From Elusimicrobiota bacterium (GTDB lineage: Bacteria > Elusimicrobiota > Elusimicrobia > Elusimicrobiales > UBA9959): a stretch of DNA of 45,974 nt. Below the pieces are notes generated by a model. The model had not been told where the DNA came from and made no database searches. It saw only the letters and a list, made by a program, of their open reading frames with translations. The stretch lies in the NCBI GenBank assembly GCA_027340875.1, contig DAIENX010000022.1, forward strand, positions 1 through 45,974, in the 5' to 3' direction. The position numbers and the translations under genes were made by a program. Shown here piece by piece: positions 17,230-26,118 of this stretch; the first letter of the stretch is position 1; each line of letters begins with the position of its first letter.

Positions 17230-18243
17230 CTATTTCAGCTCCGCCTTCACTTCGGGGAGCTTCAGCAGCATCTCCTTCACCTGCTTTACGCTCAGGCGCT
17301 CGGTGTTGTGCGAAGTATAGTCCTCGAGCAGCGCCTCTTTCCTGTCGCCTTCGGTGAAATACTTGTTGTAGTTCAGGTCGCGGCTGTCCATCGTGATCCT
17401 GAAATAGTCGCCCATGTCCTCGGCGCGGCGTATCTCCTCGGCGTTCAGCAGCGTCTCGAAGATCTTCTCGCCGTGGCGGATGCCGATCGTCTTCACGGGC
17501 ACTTCTGACTTGAACAGCTCCTTCAGCGCCTGCGCCAGGTCCCCCACCGTGCAGGCCGGGGCCTTCTTTATGAAGATGTCCCCCTGCCTGGCGTGGTCGA
17601 AGGCGAACAGCACCAGCTTTATGGCCTCAGGCAGCGGCAGCAGGAAGCGCGTCATGCCCTGGTCCGTGACGGTTATCGGCTTGCGCTCCTTTATCTGTTT
17701 GATAAAGAGCGGTATCACGGAACCGCGCGAGCACATCACGTTGCCGTAACGGACGCAGGAGACGGTTGTATCCTTCGCGTCCAGGCCGCGGCAGGCCGCC
17801 AGCGCGACTTTCTCCATCAGGGCCTTCGTCATGCCCATTGCGTTCACCGGATAGACGGCCTTGTCGGTGCCCAGGCAGACCACGCTCTCGACACCGTTGG
17901 CTATCGCGGACTCAACGACGTTATGGCTGCCGACGATGTTCGTCATCACCGCCTGCATCGGGAAGAACTCGCAGGAGGGCACCTGCTTGAGCGCGGCGGC
18001 GTGGAAGACCAGGTCCACGCCCTTCATCGCCTGGTCCACGCTGTCGCGGTCGCGCACGTCGCCGATGTGGAACTTGACCTTCGGGTTGTCCAGCTTTATG
18101 CGCATGTGTTCCTGCTTCAGCTCGTCGCGACTGAAGATGCGCACCTCCCGGAAATCCTTGTCCAGTATGGTATCCAGCAGCTCGTGGCCGAAGGAGCCGG
18201 TGCCGCCGGTTATCAGAAGGGTCTTATTCTTAAGGTTTGGCAT
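17230..18243 (-). CDS. fnlA: UDP-GlcNAc 4,6-dehydratase/5-epimerase (FnlA/CapE/WbjB)
   Basis: ITGGTGSFG, FSRDELKQ, HAAALKQVPSCEFFP, TDKAVYPVNAMGMTKALME, RYGNVMCSRGSVIP, GIRHGEK, YTSHNT. Confidence 0.92.
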   Translation of the reverse strand: MPNLKNKTLLITGGTGSFGHELLDTILDKDFREVRIFSRDELKQEHMRIKLDNPKVKFHIGDVRDRDSVDQAMKGVDLVFHAAALKQVPSCEFFPMQAVMTNIVGSHNVVESAIANGVESVVCLGTDKAVYPVNAMGMTKALMEKVALAACRGLDAKDTTVSCVRYGNVMCSRGSVIPLFIKQIKERKPITVTDQGMTRFLLPLPEAIKLVLFAFDHARQGDIFIKKAPACTVGDLAQALKELFKSEVPVKTIGIRHGEKIFETLLNAEEIRRAEDMGDYFRITMDSRDLNYNKYFTEGDRKEALLEDYTSHNTERLSVKQVKEMLLKLPEVKAELK

Positions 18244-18244
18244 T

Positions 18245-19144
18245 TCATCCTCGCTTGCGCCAGCTTCCGTAGGGCGTCGGGTCGGACGCCATCTCGGTCA
18301 TCAGCTGTTTCCACGTCGGGCAGACGAATCCGGCGGCGGATGCGAAGCGATCGCCGTTCAGGTCGCGACGCATCTCGAAGCCTTCCTCGGGCTCTATCTC
18401 CACGTCCAGCTTATAGGCTTCTCTCATCATAAGCAGCAGGTCGTACTTCGAAACGATCTCGCTCGATACATGGTAAAGGCCGTTGAGCAGCGGATGCTTC
18501 TCTATCAGGTCCCCCACAAGGGCGGCCAGCCTGTTGGTGGTCAGGCCCGTGAACAGGGCCCTGCGAAATCCCTTTATCTTATTCCCCTTCTGTGCCAGGA
18601 ACCACTCCAGGAGCTCCGTGCCCGCGAAGATCTCGCGGCCTATGAAGGAGGAACGCAGCGTCAGCGCGAAAGGGGCGTTCACGTCCCCGAGCGCCTTGGT
18701 AATGCCGTAGAGGTCGCGGGCGTCCGGGGGGTCCTCCTCCGTGTAGCCGCCCTTTTTGCCGTCGTAGACGCAAACGGTGCTGAAATGTATCAGGCGAGAG
18801 CCGCTGCGGGAGCACCACTCGGCCAGCCGGTGCGGCAGCAGCGCGTTTATAGAGATGGCGGAGTTCCTGTCCAGCGCTTCTTTGCTGCGCAGCGTCACTC
18901 CCGCGCAGTTCACTATGACGGAAGGTCTCAGCTCATCCAGCATCTTCCCCACAGCGGAGAAGTCGCGGAGGTCCAGGCCGTCTATCACGTTCGGAACGTC
19001 AAAAAGTCCTGTCTTCGCGTAAAAATCACGTTTCTTCCGCATGGAAACGAACGTGTGAGGAAAGCGCGCAGGCAGGACCTGCCAGAGCTTGTGCCCCAGC
19101 GTTCCCGCGCCGCCGAGTATCAGTATGCGTGGTGTTAAAGACAT
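18245..19144 (-). CDS. RmlD-like SDR 4-reductase (QnlA/WbvR type) for UDP-6-deoxy-L-HexNAc synthesis
   Basis: ILGGAGTLG, VNCAG, INALLPH, HFSTVCVYDG, DLYGITKALG, LRSSFIG, LLEWF. Directly upstream of fnlA. Confidence 0.8.
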   Translation of the reverse strand: MSLTPRILILGGAGTLGHKLWQVLPARFPHTFVSMRKKRDFYAKTGLFDVPNVIDGLDLRDFSAVGKMLDELRPSVIVNCAGVTLRSKEALDRNSAISINALLPHRLAEWCSRSGSRLIHFSTVCVYDGKKGGYTEEDPPDARDLYGITKALGDVNAPFALTLRSSFIGREIFAGTELLEWFLAQKGNKIKGFRRALFTGLTTNRLAALVGDLIEKHPLLNGLYHVSSEIVSKYDLLLMMREAYKLDVEIEPEEGFEMRRDLNGDRFASAAGFVCPTWKQLMTEMASDPTPYGSWRKRG

Positions 19145-19188
19145 CACAAGACCATAAAAGCATCCGGCCCAGCGGCCGCACTAATGTA

Positions 19189-19197
19189 ATAATAACA
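19189..19197 (-). promoter_or_regulatory. Possible internal extended -10 promoter (TGtTATTAT) for the reductase-fnlA sub-operon
   Basis: AT-rich gap 19148-19222 containing TGTTATTAT on the minus strand. Confidence 0.35.
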
Positions 19198-19222
19198 AAA
19201 TCTTAACGGCCGGAACACTCAA

Positions 19223-20977
19223 TTACTTCCCCCGGGTCCCGCTTGTGAACGTCGGGGCGTTCCCCACAGGGACGGAATTCCCGGAAGAGTTGTAATCATA
19301 TCCCCAGTAAGCGTAGACCCCGGTACCGGAAATTCTGCGTACGCAGGCTGTAGTTCTCTTAGGGCAGGACTTCTCCACGGAATAGGTGTACGGGAGCGCG
19401 CTCCAAGCCCGGCGCTGCAAATATCCGCCATGTATCAAAATGCAGATGGACGAACCGTTCAGATCACAAGTTTCGGTATTGGTCGCGTCGGATAAAGTAC
19501 CGTAGAGCCGTTTATGGTGCGTTGCCTTGTATTTCAAGTAGGCCTCGTTAACGATCTCACCCTGATAGAACGCGTCGCGCGCCAGCGCCTTCTCCACTGC
19601 CTTGAAGTAGTACGGAAAGGCCACCGAGGTCAGGAAACCCAGAACGACCGCTACGGCCAGGAACCGGACAAGTGCAAAGGGACCTTGAGGTCCGGCTACG
19701 GCCGAACCGGCGGGAAAGCCGGATCTTTCCCCCTCCCCTTCCCCCTGTGAAGCCGCGGCTGACAGGCTCTTATACAACTTATCCCACTCGTCTCCCACCA
19801 CGGCCAGGGAATACTTCGTACGCATCAATTCATGGGCAGCGAGCCCAATGGTTTCCCGCAAGGCCGGTTCGAGGAGCAGGCGTTCGAGCGCTTCGGCGAC
19901 CTGACGCGACCCATTGCAGACCAGACAATGCTTCCCGTTCTCCACCGCGATCCCGCCGAAAGCCACGCTGGTACCGACTACCGTCTTTCCAAGCGCCAGC
20001 GCGTCAAGGACCCGCGTCTTGATGCCTGTGCCGGACTTGTCCAGGGAAAGCAGAATGTCCGCCTCCTCGAGGAATTTGTGATAATCCTCGACCCATTTGA
20101 AGTACTTCAATCTGGGAAATCCCCTGATCCTCTGTTCGTCCGCCGCGGAAGCTCTGGGACCCAGCACATGGAATTCAAAAGTCGGCGCCCTGGCAATGAG
20201 ACCCGGATAGTCATGCTCAAGGAACTCGAAAAGGCCGTTGGCAATGCCCGGGATATCCAGATTGCCTGTAAAGACCACCCTGACCGGCCCGCCTTTTTTC
20301 ACTACGCACGGAGTTGCTACGTCCGAGGAACCTATCTCCGCTCCAAGCGGAATGACTTCGATCCGGAGGCCGGGAGAAATCCTTTTCAGGTAAGCGGCAT
20401 CTTCGCGCGAAACTACATGGACCCTATCGAACAGCGGATAGACGTTCTTCTCGAATCGGACTATCCTGGACATCGAGAGCCTCAGATACGAACGCCGCAG
20501 AAAGCCGGAGCTTTCCGTTATCATACCCTGATAGAATCTCGAGATGGCGTCGTTGGAGGAGAGCACGGACGGCACGCGGGGCCCCCACGGCAGATATTGC
20601 GCCATGTTGATCACGTCATAATGCGCCGCTTTGTATTTCCCGGTTTTCGCCGCCTCCCGGAGGACCTGGCGGAACCGCTCTGAATTATAGGTACCAAGGG
20701 AAGGCGGCAGTCCTCTAAGCAGGCTGAGAAGACGCCGCAGAACGCCGGCCGCGCCGCATACGGGAGGAACAACGGCCAGAACCCTGACCCCGGGAAGCGC
20801 CGCTTCGAAAGCGGGGATACGCGCCTCGGCATCCGTCCCGCCGAAACACAGGACATCGCAACGCCAGCCCCGGACCGCCAGGGAAGAAAGCAGGCTATAA
20901 ACCTTGCGGTTTATGCCGTTAGAAGGCGGATAGGGGAAATCCTGCAGCAGAAAGAGTATCTTCTTGTCCTGTGTCAT
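19223..20977 (-). CDS. GT4 glycosyltransferase with a C-terminal type IV pilin-like domain (fusion)
   Basis: aa ~1-410 is a GT4 (FPYPPSNG, VVSREDA, FTGNL, GTGIKTRVLDALALGKTVVGT). After a linker, aa 434-584 begins FALVRFLAVAVVLGFLTSVAFPYYFKAVEKALARDA (pilin alpha-1 helix), followed by a 4-Cys globular domain. Confidence 0.8.
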   Translation of the reverse strand: MTQDKKILFLLQDFPYPPSNGINRKVYSLLSSLAVRGWRCDVLCFGGTDAEARIPAFEAALPGVRVLAVVPPVCGAAGVLRRLLSLLRGLPPSLGTYNSERFRQVLREAAKTGKYKAAHYDVINMAQYLPWGPRVPSVLSSNDAISRFYQGMITESSGFLRRSYLRLSMSRIVRFEKNVYPLFDRVHVVSREDAAYLKRISPGLRIEVIPLGAEIGSSDVATPCVVKKGGPVRVVFTGNLDIPGIANGLFEFLEHDYPGLIARAPTFEFHVLGPRASAADEQRIRGFPRLKYFKWVEDYHKFLEEADILLSLDKSGTGIKTRVLDALALGKTVVGTSVAFGGIAVENGKHCLVCNGSRQVAEALERLLLEPALRETIGLAAHELMRTKYSLAVVGDEWDKLYKSLSAAASQGEGEGERSGFPAGSAVAGPQGPFALVRFLAVAVVLGFLTSVAFPYYFKAVEKALARDAFYQGEIVNEAYLKYKATHHKRLYGTLSDATNTETCDLNGSSICILIHGGYLQRRAWSALPYTYSVEKSCPKRTTACVRRISGTGVYAYWGYDYNSSGNSVPVGNAPTFTSGTRGK

Positions 20978-22416
20978 GGTCCGGTTTCCGTTCTGCGGCT
21001 AAGATTCAAAGCGAACAGCTCCAGCAAAAGGAACACGATCGCGCAAACGAACAGTTGCTTGAAGAGAGTCGGGGATACTCCCTCGGTAAGCGCCCAGAAC
21101 ATCAACAACAGGAAAAAGGTACGCACTATAGGAACGACGGGAGAGCTGGCTGCGGCCAACCGGTCCCATATGAAAACAGCGGAAACCCCGGCCGCCACTC
21201 CGGCCAGGAATATTCCCGGATACCCCCAAGCCATATACCACTGGGCTATGAACGGAGTGGCAAAACCGTTCGGAGCGTCGAAAGGCAAACCGAACGCGAA
21301 ATGGCCCAGATACCAGGAATAACCCTTTTCAGAGAACAGCACGGGGAACGCCGCGCTTCCGAGCGCTTTAACCTTAAAACCCGAGACGATCACGGAGATC
21401 TCTATTCCGGGAATGCGGAAAAAGATAAAACTGAAGGCCTTGAGGAAATCTCCGATACCAGGAGAAAATGCGAAGAGCGCGGACTTCAACGCCGGGAAAG
21501 GATCGTAACCGGAAAGCCTTAAGACCCTGTAACTCCAGATAAGCGGCGACAGGACTATAGCCAGGAGAGCGATACTGCCTCCCGCTGCCGCCTCCAGCTT
21601 CCGTATCCTTATCCCCCCGCTGACCGCCAGGAACAGGAGAAGCAGCGGGACCAGCATCAGACTGGCCCTGCTGCTCCTTAAGATAACGTCGGCCACAGCC
21701 CAGAACAACAGCAGACCCATTCCCGCCCTGGCCCACAGATATTTCCGGGAGGCCTCGCTGAAACATATGAAGCAGACTATCAATATCGGCAAAAGCATCG
21801 TATGGAGGAAGAAGATCGCCCCCGCCAGGTGGAACGGCAACGGAGCCGAAACCGTTCCCATCAATCCGATCTTGAACCGATAGATCAGGAACACCGAAAC
21901 CATGAGCAGGCCCGCGAGGCCCGCGAAATAACGCCACGGAGCGGATACCGGCAGCCTGGAGCTGGCGCGCGGCGACTCTCCGGAGCCCTCATCTCCCTGT
22001 CCGTAGAAGAACACCGCGAGGCAGAACCCCGAGAACCCGAGAGTCTGCATCAAAAACGCGTCCAAGAGCGTAGCAGGGATCTCAAAGTGGCGCCAGGACC
22101 ACCATTCCGGGAAAAACGGCTTCACCGGAGCGGGGTCCAGGACTAACCAATAGAACTTCGCGTAACCGAAGACCAGCAATATCGCGAAGGCCAGCCAGGC
22201 TGCCACGGGACTCCTCTTCCTGCGGCTTAAAGAACTTACGGCCAGATAAGCGGCTCCGGCGGCGGCGACGGTCAGGAACAGATATTCCGGCCATCTCCCC
22301 TGGAAAGGGCGGAAGGACAGGAGATATCCGGAAACAAAGAACAGAAGGGTACCGTATCCTGCCGCCGCGCCGAGGCGGGTACGGCCATCGCGACTGTTAA
22401 TATCCGGGCGTTTCAT
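20974..22416 (-). CDS. Multi-TM protein, probable Wzy polysaccharide polymerase
   Basis: About 11-12 TM segments, ILRSSRASL, FIFFRIPG and YMAWGYPG motifs, and position among the GTs next to wzx. Confidence 0.65.
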   Translation of the reverse strand: MKRPDINSRDGRTRLGAAAGYGTLLFFVSGYLLSFRPFQGRWPEYLFLTVAAAGAAYLAVSSLSRRKRSPVAAWLAFAILLVFGYAKFYWLVLDPAPVKPFFPEWWSWRHFEIPATLLDAFLMQTLGFSGFCLAVFFYGQGDEGSGESPRASSRLPVSAPWRYFAGLAGLLMVSVFLIYRFKIGLMGTVSAPLPFHLAGAIFFLHTMLLPILIVCFICFSEASRKYLWARAGMGLLLFWAVADVILRSSRASLMLVPLLLLFLAVSGGIRIRKLEAAAGGSIALLAIVLSPLIWSYRVLRLSGYDPFPALKSALFAFSPGIGDFLKAFSFIFFRIPGIEISVIVSGFKVKALGSAAFPVLFSEKGYSWYLGHFAFGLPFDAPNGFATPFIAQWYMAWGYPGIFLAGVAAGVSAVFIWDRLAAASSPVVPIVRTFFLLLMFWALTEGVSPTLFKQLFVCAIVFLLLELFALNLSRRTETGP

Positions 22417-23378
22417 ACTCTACGTCCAAAAAGAACACTTCGCAAATACTGCCTGATGGCCCTGAGAAGCCCGGCAAAGCTCCGCACAGGGGCCCAGGAG
22501 AACGCCTCAACCGCAAAATCCGCCAGCCGCGAGCCGGGAGCGATAAGGTTCGAAGCCTCTAAAAGGACCCGCGCGCCGGCAAGGTCGCCCCGCAAGGCGC
22601 TTCTCCGCGCCCGTGACCGCAAAGAGCCGGCGCAGTAGCGTGCGACCAGCCCCCGCCACTTCGCGAGCGGAGCCGAAGGCCTCCCCGCCCATTCCGCCAG
22701 CTTCAGGAAACTTTCCCTTGTTTTCGCGGTATCCAGAGACAGCCCTCCGGGATGTATCGAATACTCCAGGATAGGCGCCGGGACGCACGCCACCGTGCCG
22801 TGCGTGGCCAGAGCCAGCCTGAGCGCGAGATCGGTGGAGTTGCCTATTTCCGGATAGCCCCCTAATTCTCGCGCAAGCGCCGTCCTGAAGAGGGTCGCGG
22901 AGGGCAAGGCGTTACGAAGTCCGGAAAGCGAAGCCTGGATGAACGCCTCTCCGGGCTCCAGCCGGGGCGCCGCACGGCTGACTCCCAGGAATCCGCCGGC
23001 GTCGTCCCGGAAGACCGCCCGGCCATAGGAAAGGACGGCCCCTTCGTCGGTCAGCCCTTTTAAAAGTTCGGTTATGGCCCCGGCCGCCAACGAGTCGTCG
23101 TCGGAAAGCAGCAGGAAGTACTCGCCGCTGGCCCGCTGCAGGCAGAAGTTCCAGTTCTCCGTCATCGTCAGGTCGCTGTCATGTCTGAAATACTTTATGC
23201 GCGGGTCCGCTACTCCGGCCACTGACTTCCGCGTATCTCCGGAGGAATTATTATCCGACACTATGATCTCGAGGCGTCCATAGCTTTGCAGAACTACGCT
23301 GGCGACAGCTTTTAACAGGCTGCGGGGCCTGTCCCGGGTAGGGATAGCCACGGTCACCAAGCCGGTCGCTTCTACCAC
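22413..23378 (-). CDS. GT2 glycosyltransferase
   Basis: VTVAIPTRDR, IIVSDNNS, ENWNFCL, GEYFLLLSDDD. Start reassigned to GTG 23378 (RBS GGGGA) because the track ORF extends into wzx. Confidence 0.88.
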   Translation of the reverse strand: MVEATGLVTVAIPTRDRPRSLLKAVASVVLQSYGRLEIIVSDNNSSGDTRKSVAGVADPRIKYFRHDSDLTMTENWNFCLQRASGEYFLLLSDDDSLAAGAITELLKGLTDEGAVLSYGRAVFRDDAGGFLGVSRAAPRLEPGEAFIQASLSGLRNALPSATLFRTALARELGGYPEIGNSTDLALRLALATHGTVACVPAPILEYSIHPGGLSLDTAKTRESFLKLAEWAGRPSAPLAKWRGLVARYCAGSLRSRARRSALRGDLAGARVLLEASNLIAPGSRLADFAVEAFSWAPVRSFAGLLRAIRQYLRSVLFGRRV

Positions 23379-23448
23379 AAACCGTCCCCGCGGCGACGCT
23401 GCCGTATAACCGGCGATGAACCGGGCAGGTGGAATTCGCGCATAACCG

Positions 23449-24936
23449 TCATAGGTCCTCTCCCGGCCCGGGCAGGCCCGCTTCGTGGCCCCTGCCGGCC
23501 CCCAAGGCCAGATCACTGCCGTGGATCCCGGCCGCACGATACTGCAGCCACACGAAGTATGCCCCCGCCGCGGAGAGTGCCAGCGTGGCGCGAACGAACC
23601 CTCCCCCGTGGAAAAAGGCCAGCGGGAGGAACGCCAGGGACAAGAGCGCATAGCGCACAAAAACGGCGGCGTCCAGCGCAAGTCCGGACATACGCGCGAC
23701 AACCCGCCACATGATCACCAGCGTCAGGAGCCCGCTGGCCAGAAGGGCCAGCGGGATGCAGATCGACGGAGCCGGCGACAGCGCCGCGAAATAAACTCCG
23801 GCTAGCGCGGCTATTCCTCCGAAAAAGTACGGTTTGATCAGAACGTCGGTGCGCATCTCCGAATGGGCCGCGGAAGCCAGAATATTGGTGGTCATGCGGA
23901 AAAATTCTATGAACGCGCCGTACCTGGAGTATACGAACACCGCGCGGAACTTTTCCGACACCAGGACCCTGACCAGGTATTCCGACGTACCAAGAAGAAA
24001 AAAGAGATAGATCAGGTAGACGGGGATCGCTTTGGAGACCAGCTTCCCTAGGGCCGCGGCACGGGCGGCCCTATCCCCGCCGGTTATGGCGCGGTAAAAC
24101 CCCGGCAGATAGATCTGCTGTACCAGCGACTCGAGGATCCCGGCGACGCTCGTGGCGATGCTGAAGCCTACGGCCAGGTAGCCCAGGAACTCCGCCCCGT
24201 TCAGTTTCTCCACCAAGACCCTGTAGGATTGCGCCTGTGACCACATAAAGAAGGCTGCGCCTGACAAAGGGATGGCGAATCTGGCGGCCGGCAAAAGGGC
24301 GGACTTGCTGGTATACCGCGAAATCCTCGCCGCGGAAATGCCCGGCTCCGGGATCAGTTTCAGGAACGCTAAAACTCCGATACAGGTTACCGCCCCTATG
24401 GCCGCCACCTGTCCCCACATCCACATCCCGGCCGAAGCGGCACCGATCCTGACGAAGAGCGCGGAACAGAGCAAAGCCGCGAAGGATGTCGCCAGCGTCA
24501 GGGAGACGAAAGCGCCTTTGCGCCCCAGGGTGTTCAGAACAGGGAGAAAGGCCTGATTCAGGTTCAGGACAGACGTGTAACAAGCGGTGATAGAGGCAAA
24601 AGCTATCCCGGGCAGCTCCGCGCCGACCCCCAGAAAGCTCCACGCCGCCAGGACTACAGGGAAGGCGAGCGCTGAGATGGCCAGCACGTACCCGCTATAT
24701 CCCAGCATATGCTCAAAAACGGTCTTCGCATCATGCCAGAGGAACAAGTTCCGGTTAAGGTACATAAGGACCGGATTCAGGAGGAACATCCCGAAAAGGG
24801 TAGCCGCGGAGATCATAAGGTAAACGCCGCCGACGTCAGCCGGAGAAAGCAAAGTGGTAAGGACCCTGAAAAGGGCTATTGTAAGCAGGGCCTGGACACC
24901 ACGGCCTGCGACAAGAAGAATTACCTCGTTCTTCAA
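23449..24936 (-). CDS. wzx: Wzx-type (MATE/MOP) oligosaccharide flippase
   Basis: About 12-14 TM segments, LTTLLSPADVG, FAIPL, LGYLAVGFSIA and LVSEKF pattern; TTG start. Confidence 0.75.
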   Translation of the reverse strand: MKNEVILLVAGRGVQALLTIALFRVLTTLLSPADVGGVYLMISAATLFGMFLLNPVLMYLNRNLFLWHDAKTVFEHMLGYSGYVLAISALAFPVVLAAWSFLGVGAELPGIAFASITACYTSVLNLNQAFLPVLNTLGRKGAFVSLTLATSFAALLCSALFVRIGAASAGMWMWGQVAAIGAVTCIGVLAFLKLIPEPGISAARISRYTSKSALLPAARFAIPLSGAAFFMWSQAQSYRVLVEKLNGAEFLGYLAVGFSIATSVAGILESLVQQIYLPGFYRAITGGDRAARAAALGKLVSKAIPVYLIYLFFLLGTSEYLVRVLVSEKFRAVFVYSRYGAFIEFFRMTTNILASAAHSEMRTDVLIKPYFFGGIAALAGVYFAALSPAPSICIPLALLASGLLTLVIMWRVVARMSGLALDAAVFVRYALLSLAFLPLAFFHGGGFVRATLALSAAGAYFVWLQYRAAGIHGSDLALGAGRGHEAGLPGPGEDL

Positions 24937-24975
24937 ACGGGCACCCGATCCCCTACGGAAAAGTTGATCCGACGC

Positions 24976-26115
24976 CTAACCTGCACGAGCATTCCGGAGA
25001 ACCTCCTGGAACAGTTCTATAGTCTTGTCCACGGTCTTTTCCCAGGTAAATTCCCTGGAACGGGCATGCGCGGCCGACGAGAGAACGCTTAGTTTGCCGG
25101 CCTCCCAAGCCAGCACTTCCCTGATACGGGCCGCAAGCATCCGCCCGTCCCCTGGGGTATAATACACCGCCGCCGCGCCGTAGAATTCAGGAAGCGGGGG
25201 ATTGTCCGCGGCCACACAGACCGCGCCACAGCTCATAGACTCCAGGACGGTAGTGGGCCCCGCCTCCACCCGGCTGGTCATGAGGAACGCCAGACAATTA
25301 CGGTAACACCAGGTCATCTCCTCCGCCGATATCTGTCCGGCCCAGCACAGGTCCGCCGCCACCCCGGCCTTTTCGGCCATCCGTTTAAGATGCGCCTCAT
25401 ATCTCCGCATATCCGCTTTTGCCCGCCCCGCGACGACTATTTTCACCGGAGAGCCCAGGTCCTTCCGGAAATATTCAGCGCATTCTATCACGTCCTCCAG
25501 ACTCCGGTACGGCTCCACCGAACCGGCGGTGAACAAGAAAGATGTCCAATCAGCGGGCAGGTTCGAAGGACGCCGCGGATTAGCTGCCGGAACAGGGGTC
25601 CCGAAATAGACAGGAGCGATCTTGGCCTCCGGAACAGCCCACGCTCCCCTCAGGAAATCATGGACGAAACCCGAGATTGATATGATCTTTTCGGCCTGGG
25701 CTACCGCCCTGAAGGTTTCCGCCCTTTGCACCCATAATTTCAACTTTTGCCACGGACCGTACCACTCCCAGGAAACCAGCGGCGCCATGTTCTGTATCAT
25801 CGAAACCACCGGCACGTCCCGGAACTTCGCGACCCTGGCCGTAGGCACGAAGATCAAGTCCGGAGCGTAGGAAGAAAGCAGCTCTTCCATCGCTCTATCC
25901 ACGCCGTTATGGAACGGCCTGAACGGCGCGCACTCGACGAAACGCAGTTTTGGTCCCGCCGTGGCAAGCTCTTCGGCCCCCAGCGAACCGGGCGCCACGC
26001 ACAGAACGGAAGTTATCCGGGGATCGGCCGCCAGACGCGGCAGCATGCTCTGCAGGTAATTCTTGTAGCCGCCGCTTATGCCGCCGCCGGTAAGGTTGAG
26101 TATCGCCAGTTTCAT
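24976..26115 (-). CDS. GT4 glycosyltransferase
   Basis: SGGYKNY, ISISGF, FTAGSVEPYR, TSRVEAGPTTVLESMSCG, PEFYG, FTWEKT. Confidence 0.88.
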   Translation of the reverse strand: MKLAILNLTGGGISGGYKNYLQSMLPRLAADPRITSVLCVAPGSLGAEELATAGPKLRFVECAPFRPFHNGVDRAMEELLSSYAPDLIFVPTARVAKFRDVPVVSMIQNMAPLVSWEWYGPWQKLKLWVQRAETFRAVAQAEKIISISGFVHDFLRGAWAVPEAKIAPVYFGTPVPAANPRRPSNLPADWTSFLFTAGSVEPYRSLEDVIECAEYFRKDLGSPVKIVVAGRAKADMRRYEAHLKRMAEKAGVAADLCWAGQISAEEMTWCYRNCLAFLMTSRVEAGPTTVLESMSCGAVCVAADNPPLPEFYGAAAVYYTPGDGRMLAARIREVLAWEAGKLSVLSSAAHARSREFTWEKTVDKTIELFQEVLRNARAG

Positions 26116-26118
26116 ACG

